A DNA stretch of 40,672 bases from an uncultured Pseudorhodobacter sp. (GCA_945957495.1 CAMFLG010000001.1:1-40672), one strand, 5' to 3'. Positions 9,045 through 19,072 are shown, numbered from the stretch's first letter. Numbers and translations: made by a program. The notes: generated from the sequence alone by a model not told the origin.

Positions 9045-9192
9045 TCCGGGTCTTGCTTTTTGTATATTAGAGAAACTTGCGTGCCGAGAATGGCACTGTC
9101 AAACAGTCAATCACCAAGACGGAGCGCATAGAAGTGCACGACCCCGAGCCCGGTATCGCTGATTCTTACGCTCAACTCAGAAGAGGGGTGCC

Positions 9193-9215
9193 ACCTTCCA
9201 GCGCTGGAACCTCAA
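9193..9215 (-). promoter_or_regulatory. Putative CueR-like operator upstream of the cytochrome c operon
   Basis: TTGAGG followed by the perfect dyad TTCCAGCGCTGGAA(GGT), same core as the copA/copZ boxes; -10 is weak. Confidence 0.55.
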
Positions 9216-9368
9216 GCAGATTTGGTTGAACTTTTTGTGATCCTTCTGCTGCCCGGCATTCCTGTCAACCCGGAACAACTTCACGCAAGAGGTGATCAGA
9301 GTTATTTGAGATCGGCAGAGATAATCAGACAATTTCCGGGCAACGACCCAAAGGGGAGCTCAGTCGAA

Positions 9369-9872
9369 ATGTACCTTCAAAGTCGCAGCCCATACGAATT
9401 TGATCTGCTGCTGCTGGCGTTCCCGATGCACTTCACTTGGGAAATTTTGCAGGCACCACTCTTTAGAAGCATGCAGGAGGTCACCCACATGGTTGGCATC
9501 AGAACATGTCTTCAGGCCACATTGGGCGACATGGCGATCATGCTTTTCGCCTACTGGTTGACAGCCTTGGTGGCAAGAAGCCGCCATTGGGTTGCCCGGC
9601 CAAGTCGCAGTACCATTGCAACGTGGCTTCTTAGCGGTCTTGCCATAACCATCGCCCTTGAATTCTATGGTACCGAGATCACTCACAGATGGACTTACAG
9701 CGCATCAATGTGGCGACTGCCGCTGGCCGGAACGGGCATTGCACCCGTGATGCAGTGGATCCCACTCCCCCTGCTGGTGCTATGGTACCTGCGCCGCTTG
9801 TCGGCAGCAGCGGATTGTTCTGAGGCGCCTTCATCAAACTTGGCCGGTCGGCAATCGAACGACAGCGCTTAG
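9369..9872 (+). CDS. Hypothetical multi-pass membrane protein
   Basis: ATG 9369 after AGGGGAG; HFTWEILQAPLF motif and about four TM segments. Confidence 0.7.
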   Translation: MYLQSRSPYEFDLLLLAFPMHFTWEILQAPLFRSMQEVTHMVGIRTCLQATLGDMAIMLFAYWLTALVARSRHWVARPSRSTIATWLLSGLAITIALEFYGTEITHRWTYSASMWRLPLAGTGIAPVMQWIPLPLLVLWYLRRLSAAADCSEAPSSNLAGRQSNDSA

Positions 9873-11237
9873 CCCGCCGCCAGTCCGGTTGCGCAGTTGG
9901 ATAGTGCCGCCATGAGCCTGAATGATGGTTCTGGCGATGGCCAGACCAAGACCAACCCCCCCTGTGTCGCGATTGCGGGACCCTTCCAGCCGCACGAAGG
10001 GTTCAAATACCGCCTCCAACTGATCCTCGGGCAAGCCCGGACCCTTGTCTGACACCATGATCACTGTGATCCCCGGTTCCTGCATCAGGCTGACCTCCGC
10101 GACGCCACCGTAGCGCACCGCGTTGTCGATCAGATTGCGCAGTGCGCGGTTGAGCGCATGGGGGCGCACCATCGTAGGCACCGGCAGTGAAAGGGCAAGG
10201 GACGCGCGGTCGCCACCCACGTCTCTAACAAGTTCACCCAGCATGGCAGCAAGATCAACCATGGCTGCGGGTTCCGTCTTGGCGACTCCCCTCGCAAACT
10301 CCAGCGTTGCTTCAACCATGGCCTGCATTTCCTCGACCAGCGTTTTCAGACGGACGCTATCCTCGGTCTCGTCCAGCATCTCGATCCGAAGGCGCATGGC
10401 GGTCAGTGGCGAGCGCAGATCATGGCTGAGTGCCGCAAGCATATGAGTGCGTTCGGCCACAAAGCGGGTCAAACGGTCTTGCATGCGGTTGAAGGCCTGT
10501 GTGGTATCGCGCACCTCTGATGGGCCGGTCAACGGCAGCGGGTTTGCATCCAGTCCGCGCCCCAGCCGGTCTGCTCCTACCGCCAGTGCGCTCATCGGGC
10601 CCACGATCCGACGCGCCGTTACCCAAGCCACCAAAGCAACGGCCACTACCATCAGGAGCAGCGGCAACAAGGCTTGAGGCGACAGTTGCAGGCCAGGCCG
10701 GATGAACATTGTGCGCACATTCAACCAATCTCCTTTGGCCAGTCGGATCGAAAGGGTCAATTCGACAGGCTCGGCATGGGCCGCCATCATCGCCTCATGC
10801 ATGGGCCTCATGGCCGCAGGTACACCGTCTGGTATGGCGAGAGGGTTCATGGCACGCGCATGGATATCCGCCAGAATTTCTCGGTTTGGTTGGCCGAGGA
10901 TCTCCCTGATCTGATCGAGAAAAGGTGCGGCGTCCGCACTGTTGTGCATTGCCTTTGGGCCGGAGCCCACTTCGAACCGTACAAGCGGCGAATTCGCCGA
11001 TCTAAGGATTTCTGGTCGGAGATCGGTGGGCGCATCGTCAAGCAGAAGAGCCACGTTTGCCGCCCGCCCTGCTGCCTCCAACCCAAGTGCTGCGCGAACT
11101 GCGCGGTTGCGTTCGTCGGTCAGCAGAATCAAACCAAGGCCCTGCGTCATGGCAAGCGCCAGCAGCAGCATGGCAAGCAATTGGCCCCCCACGGACTGGG
11201 GCATCAGCCGATAAAGAAAGTTGCGAAGCAAAATCAC
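9834..11237 (-). CDS. Sensor histidine kinase (HAMP, HisKA, HATPase)
   Basis: SHDLRSPL, NLIDNA, DKGPG, GGVGLGL; GTGA overlap with the regulator; Met/His patch MRPMHEAMMAAH in the periplasmic domain. Confidence 0.93.
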   Translation of the reverse strand: MILLRNFLYRLMPQSVGGQLLAMLLLALAMTQGLGLILLTDERNRAVRAALGLEAAGRAANVALLLDDAPTDLRPEILRSANSPLVRFEVGSGPKAMHNSADAAPFLDQIREILGQPNREILADIHARAMNPLAIPDGVPAAMRPMHEAMMAAHAEPVELTLSIRLAKGDWLNVRTMFIRPGLQLSPQALLPLLLMVVAVALVAWVTARRIVGPMSALAVGADRLGRGLDANPLPLTGPSEVRDTTQAFNRMQDRLTRFVAERTHMLAALSHDLRSPLTAMRLRIEMLDETEDSVRLKTLVEEMQAMVEATLEFARGVAKTEPAAMVDLAAMLGELVRDVGGDRASLALSLPVPTMVRPHALNRALRNLIDNAVRYGGVAEVSLMQEPGITVIMVSDKGPGLPEDQLEAVFEPFVRLEGSRNRDTGGVGLGLAIARTIIQAHGGTIQLRNRTGGGLSAVVRLPTGQV

Positions 11238-11959
11238 GGCAACTCCTTCACATCGGCGGCAAGGCTGTAGCCGCCGCCCCATACCGTGGCGATAAGTGCG
11301 GGTTTTGCCGGATCGGCCTCAATCTTGCGGCGCAAGCGGCTGATCTGATTGTCGATTGTGCGATCAAAGACCTGCGCCGCCCGGCCCGAGGTCAGATCAA
11401 GCAACTGCTCGCGGCTCAACACAAAGCGTGGTCGTTCCAGAAACACAGTCAACAGGCGGAACTCGGCGGTGGTCAAAGCGACATCTTCACCATCGGCATC
11501 GGTTAGGGTTCGGCGATCCGGGTCCAGCACCCAACGGTCGAACGCCAACCGATGGCCGGCAAGGCCGCCACCAGTCACCTCGGGCCGATCCGACCGGCGC
11601 AGGATCGCTTTGATCCGCGCCAGCAGTTCGCGCGGGTTGAAGGGCTTGGGCAAATAGTCATCGGCCCCGACCTCAAGCCCGACGATGCGGTCGGTTTCAT
11701 CGCCAAGGGCTGTCAGCATCAGGATCGGCATGTTGCCAGTAGCCCGCAACCGCCGACAGACCGAGAGCCCGTCCTCGCCAGGCATCATCACATCCAGCAC
11801 GATCAGATCGAATTGACCGACCTTCAGCGCCGCATCCATAGCCACGGCATTCGCGGCAGATGTCGCGCGCATGCCATTCTTCTCCAGATACCTGACCAGC
11901 GCATCGCGGATTTCGCGGTGGTCATCAACGATCAGGATATGAGGTGGGCTGCTTGACAT
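11234..11959 (-). CDS. OmpR-family response regulator
   Basis: ILIVDD, LDVMMPG, KPF, winged helix ending TVWGGGY; AGGAG RBS before ATG 11959. Confidence 0.94.
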   Translation of the reverse strand: MSSSPPHILIVDDHREIRDALVRYLEKNGMRATSAANAVAMDAALKVGQFDLIVLDVMMPGEDGLSVCRRLRATGNMPILMLTALGDETDRIVGLEVGADDYLPKPFNPRELLARIKAILRRSDRPEVTGGGLAGHRLAFDRWVLDPDRRTLTDADGEDVALTTAEFRLLTVFLERPRFVLSREQLLDLTSGRAAQVFDRTIDNQISRLRRKIEADPAKPALIATVWGGGYSLAADVKELP

Positions 11960-12012
11960 GATTTCTCCTGACCTAGACTCTAACCGATCGCGTCGCCCTC
12001 GCGCTTGGGCAT

Positions 12013-12060
12013 TTGTCGCAAACCGTCGCAAGACCCGCCCTTGCGACAATTTGATACAAA
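12013..12060. promoter_or_regulatory. Putative response-regulator binding sites in divergent promoter
   Basis: GTCGCAA direct repeat at 10-bp period (12015, 12025); TTGTCGCAA/TTGCGACAA perfect inverted pair; CGACAA/ATACAA at 10-bp period. Confidence 0.55.
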
Positions 12061-12139
12061 AGACCTGTTCGGCTGACAAACCTGTGGGACATCTGCCCCC
12101 CAAGTTGGCTTCATCGCAATTCCGATCAGGAGAGTCAGA

Positions 12140-12667
12140 ATGAAACGTTCAACCAAATTCGTCCTTGCCGCCGTTGCAGCCCTTGGTGTTGCCGCCGTTG
12201 CTGTGCCTGTGATCGCGCAGCAGGCGCAGATGCAGCATGGCGGAATGATGGGCGACGGCATGGGTATGATGGGCGGCCACGACGAGATGATGGGTGGCGG
12301 TATGATGGGTGGCGGCATGGGGATGATGGGCATGATGGGTGGTGCCCAAAGCTATGCCATGGCGACCTTTGATACCAACAAGGACGGCACCCTCAGCCCC
12401 GACGAAATGACGGCCGGGATCAAGGCCGAGCTCACGAAATACGACACTGATGCAAACGGCTCGTTGTCACTCGAAGAGTTCGCCGTGATGCATGCAGCCC
12501 ATACGCGGCCGATGACCGTGCGCGCCTTCCAGATGCATGACGCCGACGGCGACGCCCAGGTGACCGAAGCCGAGATGTCGGCGATGGCTGCGATGATGCA
12601 GGACCACATGGGTGGCCAGCAAGACGGTATGCCGGGCATGGGCAAGGGCATGATGGACAACAACTGA
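12140..12667 (+). CDS. Periplasmic EF-hand protein with Met/Gly-rich tracts
   Basis: Signal peptide; DTNKDGTLSPDE, DTDANGSLSLEE and DADGDAQVTEAE loops; GGMM repeats; AGGAG RBS. Confidence 0.88.
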   Translation: MKRSTKFVLAAVAALGVAAVAVPVIAQQAQMQHGGMMGDGMGMMGGHDEMMGGGMMGGGMGMMGMMGGAQSYAMATFDTNKDGTLSPDEMTAGIKAELTKYDTDANGSLSLEEFAVMHAAHTRPMTVRAFQMHDADGDAQVTEAEMSAMAAMMQDHMGGQQDGMPGMGKGMMDNN

Positions 12668-12674
12668 GACCAAA

Positions 12675-12715
12675 GCGGCCCCCGGCATCTGGCCGCAACA
12701 GGTTTCGGGGGCTGC
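12675..12715 (+). other. Intergenic GC-rich hairpin
   Basis: GCGGCCCCCGG pairs with TCGGGGGCTGC (two G-U pairs). Confidence 0.5.
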
Positions 12716-12739
12716 ACCATCACAGGATAGGAGGCTGCG

Positions 12740-12856
12740 ATGATGAACGGATACAACATGGGTTGGGGCATGGGTTTTGGCTGGCTTTGGATGACCGTCG
12801 TTCTGGTTGTGGTAAGTTTGGCTATCACCGCCATGATCAAATATCTGCGCAAGTGA
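12740..12856 (+). CDS. 38-aa single-pass membrane microprotein
   Basis: Below the ORF-track cutoff: MMNGYNMGWGMGFGWLWMTVVLVVVSLAITAMIKYLRK. Strong AGGAGG RBS, fills the operon gap, positive-inside C-terminus. Confidence 0.75.
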   Translation: MMNGYNMGWGMGFGWLWMTVVLVVVSLAITAMIKYLRK

Positions 12857-12875
12857 CCGGACAGGAAAAATCGCG

Positions 12876-13262
12876 ATGAGTTACACCTTCAACCGTCTGC
12901 TGACCGGGGTCAGCTTTGCCGAGGCCGACTTGCGCACCCGTAAGGCGTTGGGCGAAAGCGGCTTTGGCATTTTGACCGAAATCGATGTCGCCGCGACCAT
13001 GAAGAAAAAGCTGGATGTCGATATGACGCCCTATCTGATCCTTGGGGCATGCAACCCCAAAATGGCCTACCAAGCCATCGGGATCGAGCCGCGCGTCGGA
13101 GCGATGTTGCCATGCAATGTGATCCTGCGGGCGGTTGACGGCGGGGTAGAGGTCAGCGCGATTGACCCGGTCGCCTCAATGCAGGCCATCGACAATCCTG
13201 CCCTCCACGCCGTGGCGGGACAAGTGCGCGACCTTCTGGCGAAGGTGGTTGCTGCGATTTGA
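12876..13262 (+). CDS. DUF302 domain protein
   Basis: GFGILTEID, YLILGACNP, GAMLPCNV, SAIDP motifs. Confidence 0.9.
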   Translation: MSYTFNRLLTGVSFAEADLRTRKALGESGFGILTEIDVAATMKKKLDVDMTPYLILGACNPKMAYQAIGIEPRVGAMLPCNVILRAVDGGVEVSAIDPVASMQAIDNPALHAVAGQVRDLLAKVVAAI

Positions 13263-13290
13263 TGAGCTGGTTCCTGCACGCGAAAACGGC

Positions 13291-13321
13291 TTGACCTTCC
13301 AGGACGGTAAGGGGGCAAACT
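13291..13321 (+). promoter_or_regulatory. CueR-type promoter for the second Cu-ATPase
   Basis: TTGACC-19 bp-CAAACT containing ACCTTCC-AGGACG-GTAAGGG. Confidence 0.72.
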
Positions 13322-13367
13322 GCTAAAACACGTTCATGCGTTTCCGTTGCCGCCAAAGGAGCAGACT

Positions 13368-15740
13368 ATGTCCCCTTCCACCCCTCACGCGGCTCATGAC
13401 CATCCGACGTCCATGATGGCTTTAGATATTACGGCGGAACCCAAGGAGAACGGGCCGACGGCCATTGACCCAGTCTGCGGCATGACGGTCACGCTGAAGG
13501 CCGACACGCGGGTCGAACCTTATGGAGATCAGAAATTTCACTTCTGTTCCGAAAAATGCCAGACGAAATTCAAGGGCGACCCGTGGTTCTATGCATCTGG
13601 CAACGCGTCCAAGCGCGGCAAGGTGGTAGCCGTGGGGACGCAATACACCTGCCCGATGCATCCGCAGATTATCCGCGACGCGCCGGGGTCTTGCCCGCTC
13701 TGCGGCATGGCGCTGGAGCCGATCCTACCCTCGGACGCGCCCAGTGAAGAATTGACCGACTTTACCCGGCGCATGTGGATCAGCGCCGCCGCTGCTGTGC
13801 CACTGATTGTACTCACCATGGGACCGCTGATCGGCCTGCCTGCTCGCGACTGGGTCGGGCATCAGAATGCGATGTATCTGGAGTTTGCTCTGGCCACACC
13901 AATCATCCTTTGGGCGGCCCTGCCGTTTTTCCAACGCGGCTGGGACTCGATCCTGAACCGGTCGCCCAACATGTGGACGTTGATTTCGTTGGGCGTGCTT
14001 GCGGCCTACGGCTATTCGCTGTTGGCGACGTTTCTGCCAGGGGTATTTCCAGAACAATACCGCATGGGCGGAATGGTCGGCACCTATTATGAGGCGGCGG
14101 TGGTGATCGTGGCGCTGGTTTTTGTGGGCCAAGTGCTGGAACTACGGGCGCGCGAACGCACGGGGGATGCGATCCGTGCCCTGCTGGACCTGGCCCCGAA
14201 GACCGCGCGGCGCATCCTGCCCGATGGCACCGAATACGACGCACCTTTGGAAAACATCATGGCAGGCGACCAACTGCGAGTACGCCCTGGCGACGCAGTG
14301 CCGGTGGATGGCGTTGTGGTGTTCGGCACCTCTTCCTTGGACGAAAGCATGCTGACCGGCGAGTCTATGCCGGTCGAAAAAGGGTACGGCGACAAGGTGA
14401 CCGGGGCCACGATCAACAAGAACGGTTCCTTGATAATCGAGGCCGAAAAGGTTGGCGCGGATAGCGTGCTGGCGCAGATTGTCGCAATGGTCTCGGGTGC
14501 CCGAAGGTCTCGTGCGCCCATTCAAGGTTTGGCAGACCGGGTGTCGGCGATCTTTGTTCCGATGGTTGTGGTCATTGCCGTTGCAGCCTTTGTGGCATGG
14601 ATGGCATTTGGCCCCGCACCTGCCATGGTTTTCGCCTTCGCTTCGGCAGTGTCGGTGCTGATCATCGCGTGCCCCTGCGCGCTTGGTCTAGCCACCCCGA
14701 TCTCGATCACCACCGCCGCCGGGCGCGGGGCGCAAGCTGGTGTGCTGATCAAGGACGCCGAGGCGTTGGAACGGATGGCGGGCGTCGATACCTTGATCGT
14801 GGACAAGACCGGGACGTTGACGCTTGGCAGGCCAACGCTGACCGATACGGTGGCGTTGGGGGCGGTGACTGAGGCCGACATTCTGGCTTTTGCCGCCGCG
14901 TTGGAGCGTGGCTCGGAACACCCGCTTGCCGAGGCCATCGTGGACGGAGCGGCTTCAAAAGCCGTGCGCAAGCTGGACGCCACGGAATTCGAGGCGGTAA
15001 CCGGCAAGGGCGTGAAAGGGATAGTTGAGGGGCGCAAGGCCGCACTCGGCAATGCCGCGATGATGCAGGAACTGGGGCTGGACACGGCGAGCGTTGAAGC
15101 GCGGGCCGATGCCCTACGCACCTCTGGCAAGACTGCGATGTTTATCGCTATCGACGGCGCTTTGGCCGGGATTGTGGCTGTGGCCGATCCGATCAAGGAC
15201 AGCACTATTCCCGCGATCGCAGCCCTGCATGCGCTGGGTCTGCGGGTGATCATGGCAACGGGCGACAATGAGCGCACCGCAAAAGCCGTTGCCGCCAAGC
15301 TGGGCATTGATGAGGTGCGCGCCGGTGTGCTGCCCGAAGACAAGAAGGCGCTGATCGACGAATTGAGGGCGCAGGGGCGCAAGATCGCAATGGCAGGTGA
15401 CGGGGTGAACGACGCACCCGCCCTTGCCGCCGCCGATGTCGGGATCGCGATGGGCACAGGCGCCGATGTGGCCATGGAAAGCGCAGGGATCACGCTGCTC
15501 GGCGGTGATCTGATGGGCATCGTGCGGGCGCGCAAACTGGCCAAGGCAACGCTGCGCAACATCAAGCAGAACCTGTTCTTTGCCTTTGCCTACAACGCGG
15601 CAGGCATCCCGATTGCCGCGGGGGTGCTGTATCCGCTGACCGGAACCCTTCTGTCGCCAATGATTGCAGCGGCAGCGATGAGCCTGTCGTCGGTCTCTGT
15701 TATCACCAACGCCTTGCGACTGCGGCGCGTTGTGCTGTGA
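13368..15740 (+). CDS. Cu(I)/Ag(I) P1B-1 ATPase with YHS and heavy-metal-binding N-terminal domains
   Basis: DPVCGM...FCSEKC, YTCPMHP...CPLCGM, CPC, DKTGT, YN, MSLSS; AAGGAG RBS before ATG 13368. Confidence 0.95.
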   Translation: MSPSTPHAAHDHPTSMMALDITAEPKENGPTAIDPVCGMTVTLKADTRVEPYGDQKFHFCSEKCQTKFKGDPWFYASGNASKRGKVVAVGTQYTCPMHPQIIRDAPGSCPLCGMALEPILPSDAPSEELTDFTRRMWISAAAAVPLIVLTMGPLIGLPARDWVGHQNAMYLEFALATPIILWAALPFFQRGWDSILNRSPNMWTLISLGVLAAYGYSLLATFLPGVFPEQYRMGGMVGTYYEAAVVIVALVFVGQVLELRARERTGDAIRALLDLAPKTARRILPDGTEYDAPLENIMAGDQLRVRPGDAVPVDGVVVFGTSSLDESMLTGESMPVEKGYGDKVTGATINKNGSLIIEAEKVGADSVLAQIVAMVSGARRSRAPIQGLADRVSAIFVPMVVVIAVAAFVAWMAFGPAPAMVFAFASAVSVLIIACPCALGLATPISITTAAGRGAQAGVLIKDAEALERMAGVDTLIVDKTGTLTLGRPTLTDTVALGAVTEADILAFAAALERGSEHPLAEAIVDGAASKAVRKLDATEFEAVTGKGVKGIVEGRKAALGNAAMMQELGLDTASVEARADALRTSGKTAMFIAIDGALAGIVAVADPIKDSTIPAIAALHALGLRVIMATGDNERTAKAVAAKLGIDEVRAGVLPEDKKALIDELRAQGRKIAMAGDGVNDAPALAAADVGIAMGTGADVAMESAGITLLGGDLMGIVRARKLAKATLRNIKQNLFFAFAYNAAGIPIAAGVLYPLTGTLLSPMIAAAAMSLSSVSVITNALRLRRVVL

Positions 15741-16525
15741 CCGAAGCGTCGCGACCTTGGCGACGGCGGGCCATCTTTGCAGGCAGCCTGTTTGCCATTG
15801 TGGGCTGGGTGATTGGCGCGCCTCGTCTTGCCAGCCGATGGCCCACGCGGCTTGCCTTTCGGGGCCTGCCAGGGCTGTCTCCATTTCGCGAACTTGAAAC
15901 AGCGGGCGCGCTATCGACCGGTGCTGGTCTGCTCGTCGGTTTGGACGTGGCTGCACCCCCTGATGCCGCACAAGACGCCCGCATTGCTGCGGCGCGCGCC
16001 GACCCTTGCGCCGCGTTGTTTGGCAGACAAACCGACCAACGCCTGCCCATTGCATTCTTTTCCGATTTCAACTGCCCGAACTGCCGCGTGCTGGACGCAA
16101 TCCTGCTCGACTATGACGCAAGCCACCCCGGCACCATCCGGATCATCCGCCATGAACTGCCCTTGCTTGGGGCAGCATCCACCATCGCCAGTCAGGCCGT
16201 TCTTGCCGCCGACCGACAGGGTGGTTATCAGGCGATGCATGATCGGTTGATGCGGACGCGCATGGTCACTGATCTGAAATTCGTGGTCGTCATTGCGGAC
16301 GCTGCGGGGCTGGACGGTCAACGCCTTGTGACCGACATGCAGACGCAAGAGATTGCATCCGCCCTCAACATGTCAAAGGCAATAGCTTCGGTGTTTGGGT
16401 TTTATGGCACCCCCTCCACTGTCATCGGCCGCAGCGTGTTCATGGGGGCCATCCCGGCGGCAGATGTAGCGCAGATCATCGAGACCGAGTTGGAAGCTTT
16501 GCCTATGGCCTGCAGCAGGGGTTAA
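15737..16525 (+). CDS. DsbA-family thioredoxin-fold protein
   Basis: [21 protein letters not shown]; GTGA overlap with the ATPase. Confidence 0.88.
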   Translation: MTEASRPWRRRAIFAGSLFAIVGWVIGAPRLASRWPTRLAFRGLPGLSPFRELETAGALSTGAGLLVGLDVAAPPDAAQDARIAAARADPCAALFGRQTDQRLPIAFFSDFNCPNCRVLDAILLDYDASHPGTIRIIRHELPLLGAASTIASQAVLAADRQGGYQAMHDRLMRTRMVTDLKFVVVIADAAGLDGQRLVTDMQTQEIASALNMSKAIASVFGFYGTPSTVIGRSVFMGAIPAADVAQIIETELEALPMACSRG

Positions 16526-16540
16526 GCGCCACGCCGCGCA

Positions 16541-16981
16541 TCACGCTGGCCAGTATTGCCAGGCCAAGACGATTAGCGCGTAACGCAGCACCTTGCCGAC
16601 AGCGACGAAGATCAAAAACGGCCCGATGGACACCCGCATGATCCCCGCCATCAGTGTCAACGGATCACCGATGATTGGCACCCACGACAGCAAAAGCGAC
16701 CAGATGCCATAGCGGGCAAACCAGGCTTGTGCGCGGGCGTTTGTGGCATCCTTGATCGGAAACCAGGATCGATCCTTGAAGATCAGAATATACCGCCCCA
16801 TGCCCCAATTCACAGTCGCACCCGCAATATTGCCAAGCGATGCCGCAGTGACAAGCAGGGCGGGCTGTCCAGTGCCGCCTGCCAGAAGGCCAAGCAACAC
16901 AGCCTCGGACGAGCCCGGCAAAAGCGTGGCCGACAGGAATGCCGATCCGAAAAGCAGCCAGCAGGCGGCAAGGACGGTCAT
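16541..16981 (-). CDS. yqaA: YqaA-type DedA/VTT family membrane protein
   Basis: FLSATLLPGSSE, GNIAGATVNW, SWVPIIGDPLT, GKVLRY. Confidence 0.88.
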   Translation of the reverse strand: MTVLAACWLLFGSAFLSATLLPGSSEAVLLGLLAGGTGQPALLVTAASLGNIAGATVNWGMGRYILIFKDRSWFPIKDATNARAQAWFARYGIWSLLLSWVPIIGDPLTLMAGIMRVSIGPFLIFVAVGKVLRYALIVLAWQYWPA

Positions 16982-17006
16982 CTGAAATCGCTCTCAGACA
17001 TTGTCA

Positions 17007-17528
17007 TCAACCCACATCAATGACGTTTTCCATCTGCGCGATTGCCGAAGGTTTGTCCCACTTTGCAGGCCCAAAGATACGCGCCAATTCTTGCCCTTTG
17101 CGGTCGATCAGCAGCGTTGTGGGTAAGCCGAACGCCGCGAAAGCCAGTTGCACCCGGATATCCTCTCCCCAGTACAGCCCAAGGTCCCGAATGCCAATCT
17201 CTTGGTAAAATCGGCGTGCAGTGTCGATCCCCGTCGCATCAATTGAAATCGGCACAACCGCGAAATCAGGGCCACCGAGTTTGCGTTGCAACGCATCGAG
17301 GTCAGGCATTTCTTCCCGGCAGGGTGGGCACCACGAGGCCCAGATGTTCAGCAACACGACGCGGCCCGCAAAATCGGAAAGCATCAGCTTGCGCCCTTCG
17401 CCATCCTTGAACGGTGGCGACAGCAGAGGCACCGGATCTGCGCCAAGCGTGAACGGCGGGCGGGCAAAAGCCGGTTTGGCCATCAAGGCAAGTGCCAAGG
17501 TGGAGAGCAAAATGTCACGTCTGTTCAT
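17007..17528 (-). CDS. TlpA-family thiol-disulfide oxidoreductase
   Basis: Tat-like NRRDIL, NIWASWCPPCREEMP, GLPTT. Confidence 0.92.
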   Translation of the reverse strand: MNRRDILLSTLALALMAKPAFARPPFTLGADPVPLLSPPFKDGEGRKLMLSDFAGRVVLLNIWASWCPPCREEMPDLDALQRKLGGPDFAVVPISIDATGIDTARRFYQEIGIRDLGLYWGEDIRVQLAFAAFGLPTTLLIDRKGQELARIFGPAKWDKPSAIAQMENVIDVG

Positions 17529-17549
17529 AGCGGTATCCTTTCGCCGAAG

Positions 17550-17577
17550 GGCCTGCCCGCGCGATGCCGGGCAGGCC
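17550..17577. other. Intergenic hairpin between the oxidase and tlpA-like genes
   Basis: GGCCTGCCCG-8 nt-CGGGCAGGCC perfect 10-bp stem. Confidence 0.6.
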
Positions 17578-17590
17578 TATTGCGTGGCGA

Positions 17591-19069
17591 TCAGGCTGAC
17601 ACCGCGAACTCTGTCATCATGCCGGTCGACAGGTGCGGCATATGGTGGCAATGCAGCATCCAGCGCGCCGCCTCGCCCGCGTCCAGCGCAACGGTGACCA
17701 TCGCCATGGGCGGCACATAGACCGTGTCCCGCATAGCGCCGTTGATGGCCTTTCCATTGATGTTGACCACTTGGAACGCATGGCCATGCAGGTGCATCGG
17801 ATGGCCCATCATCGACATATTGTGGAACATCAACTCAACACGCTCGCCGCTGGTGGCGATGATCGGTTTATGGGTGTCCCAGGTCTGGCCATCAATCGTC
17901 CAGAGATAGGGCTGCATAGAGCCTGCCAACATGATCATGTGGCTGCGGTCCACCGGACGGGCGGCAAGTGGGTTCGCTGCTTGCAGCAGCATTTCCTGCG
18001 CCATGTCGGTGTCGAAGGCGGGAGACTCCGCGTCAGACATTCCGGCGATCTTGCTGACCTGCGCACCGGTGGTGGCGAGGATAAGGCCTGTGCGTTCACG
18101 CGCACCTTCGCGCAAGGCCAGCACCGGGAAAGCGCCGTCGCCGGGCAGGTCAATCTCGATATCCAGCCGTTGCGCCATCGCCATGCCAAACCGTGTACCG
18201 GGCATCGGCACGATCGCATGGCCATCCACCGCCACCAGCCGCGCAGTCACGCCTGTGTCGATCCAGAACGTCGTGGCCGAAGCTGCGTTGACGATCCTCA
18301 ACCGAACACGCCCGCCCTTTTCCACCGAGACTACTTCTGGGTCGGAAAGGGTGCGGTCATTGGCAAGGTAAGCGTCGAAATTGAAATCATTCAGGTCCAT
18401 GGCCATGCCACCCATCGCCATACCAGACATATCCATTCCCGACATGTCACCACCGCTCATATCCATGCCGGACATGCCAGTGTCAGTTTTGCCTGCGACG
18501 CCCATGGCCGACATGTCGTGACCCGCCATGCCGCCAGTGATTTCGGCCAGCACTTCCTCGGCAGGGCGGAATGAGAAATCATGCAGGAACATGACTACCT
18601 CTTGCCGGTCTGCGACGATATCCGCAGCCGAGCGCACGATCAATGGTGCGGCTAAAAGGTTCATCTCTTGCACCGGCACATGGCTGTGCATCCAGTGAGT
18701 GCCGGGGTTGGGCGCATAGTCAAAACTGCGCATCTCGCCGGTTTTTAGCAGGGGCATCGGCAGGTTCGGCACACCGTCCTGCACGTTGGGGGGGAGTTGG
18801 CCATGCCAGTGGATGATGGTTTCGACATCCAAAGAGTTGGTCAGGTCCACGCGAAACTGCTGACCCGGATCAAGGATCAGACCTTGCCCACCTGCCCCGT
18901 TGATCAGCCCGTAAACCGTGGCTGCCTTGCCATCAATTTCCAACACGCGGGTGGCAGCGGTCAGGCTCAGTGGTGCGGATTGTCCGAACGCAAGTCGCGG
19001 AAGCGCTGTAGATGCAGCCATCGCTGCCGATGCGGCAATAAAGCCGCGACGTGTAAGATCGTGTGCCAT
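17591..19069 (-). CDS. Tat-exported multicopper oxidase (CutO/CueO-like)
   Basis: TRRGFI, HWHG, WMHSH, HPMHLHGH, HCHHMPHLSTGM; Met-rich linker. ATG 19069 is 6 nt from GGAG. Confidence 0.95.
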   Translation of the reverse strand: MAHDLTRRGFIAASAAMAASTALPRLAFGQSAPLSLTAATRVLEIDGKAATVYGLINGAGGQGLILDPGQQFRVDLTNSLDVETIIHWHGQLPPNVQDGVPNLPMPLLKTGEMRSFDYAPNPGTHWMHSHVPVQEMNLLAAPLIVRSAADIVADRQEVVMFLHDFSFRPAEEVLAEITGGMAGHDMSAMGVAGKTDTGMSGMDMSGGDMSGMDMSGMAMGGMAMDLNDFNFDAYLANDRTLSDPEVVSVEKGGRVRLRIVNAASATTFWIDTGVTARLVAVDGHAIVPMPGTRFGMAMAQRLDIEIDLPGDGAFPVLALREGARERTGLILATTGAQVSKIAGMSDAESPAFDTDMAQEMLLQAANPLAARPVDRSHMIMLAGSMQPYLWTIDGQTWDTHKPIIATSGERVELMFHNMSMMGHPMHLHGHAFQVVNINGKAINGAMRDTVYVPPMAMVTVALDAGEAARWMLHCHHMPHLSTGMMTEFAVSA

Positions 19070-19072
19070 CAT

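Noticed and set aside
9067-9129. 20-codon minus-strand ORF MRSVLVIDCLTVPFSARKFL as a further leader
   Set aside because: No SD, no export signal, no Pro-rich tail, and it overlaps a candidate promoter.
12235-12345. GGCATGATG-like repeats as possible CRISPR or VNTR
   Set aside because: Degenerate in-frame Gly/Met codons; no repeat-spacer structure and no cas genes.
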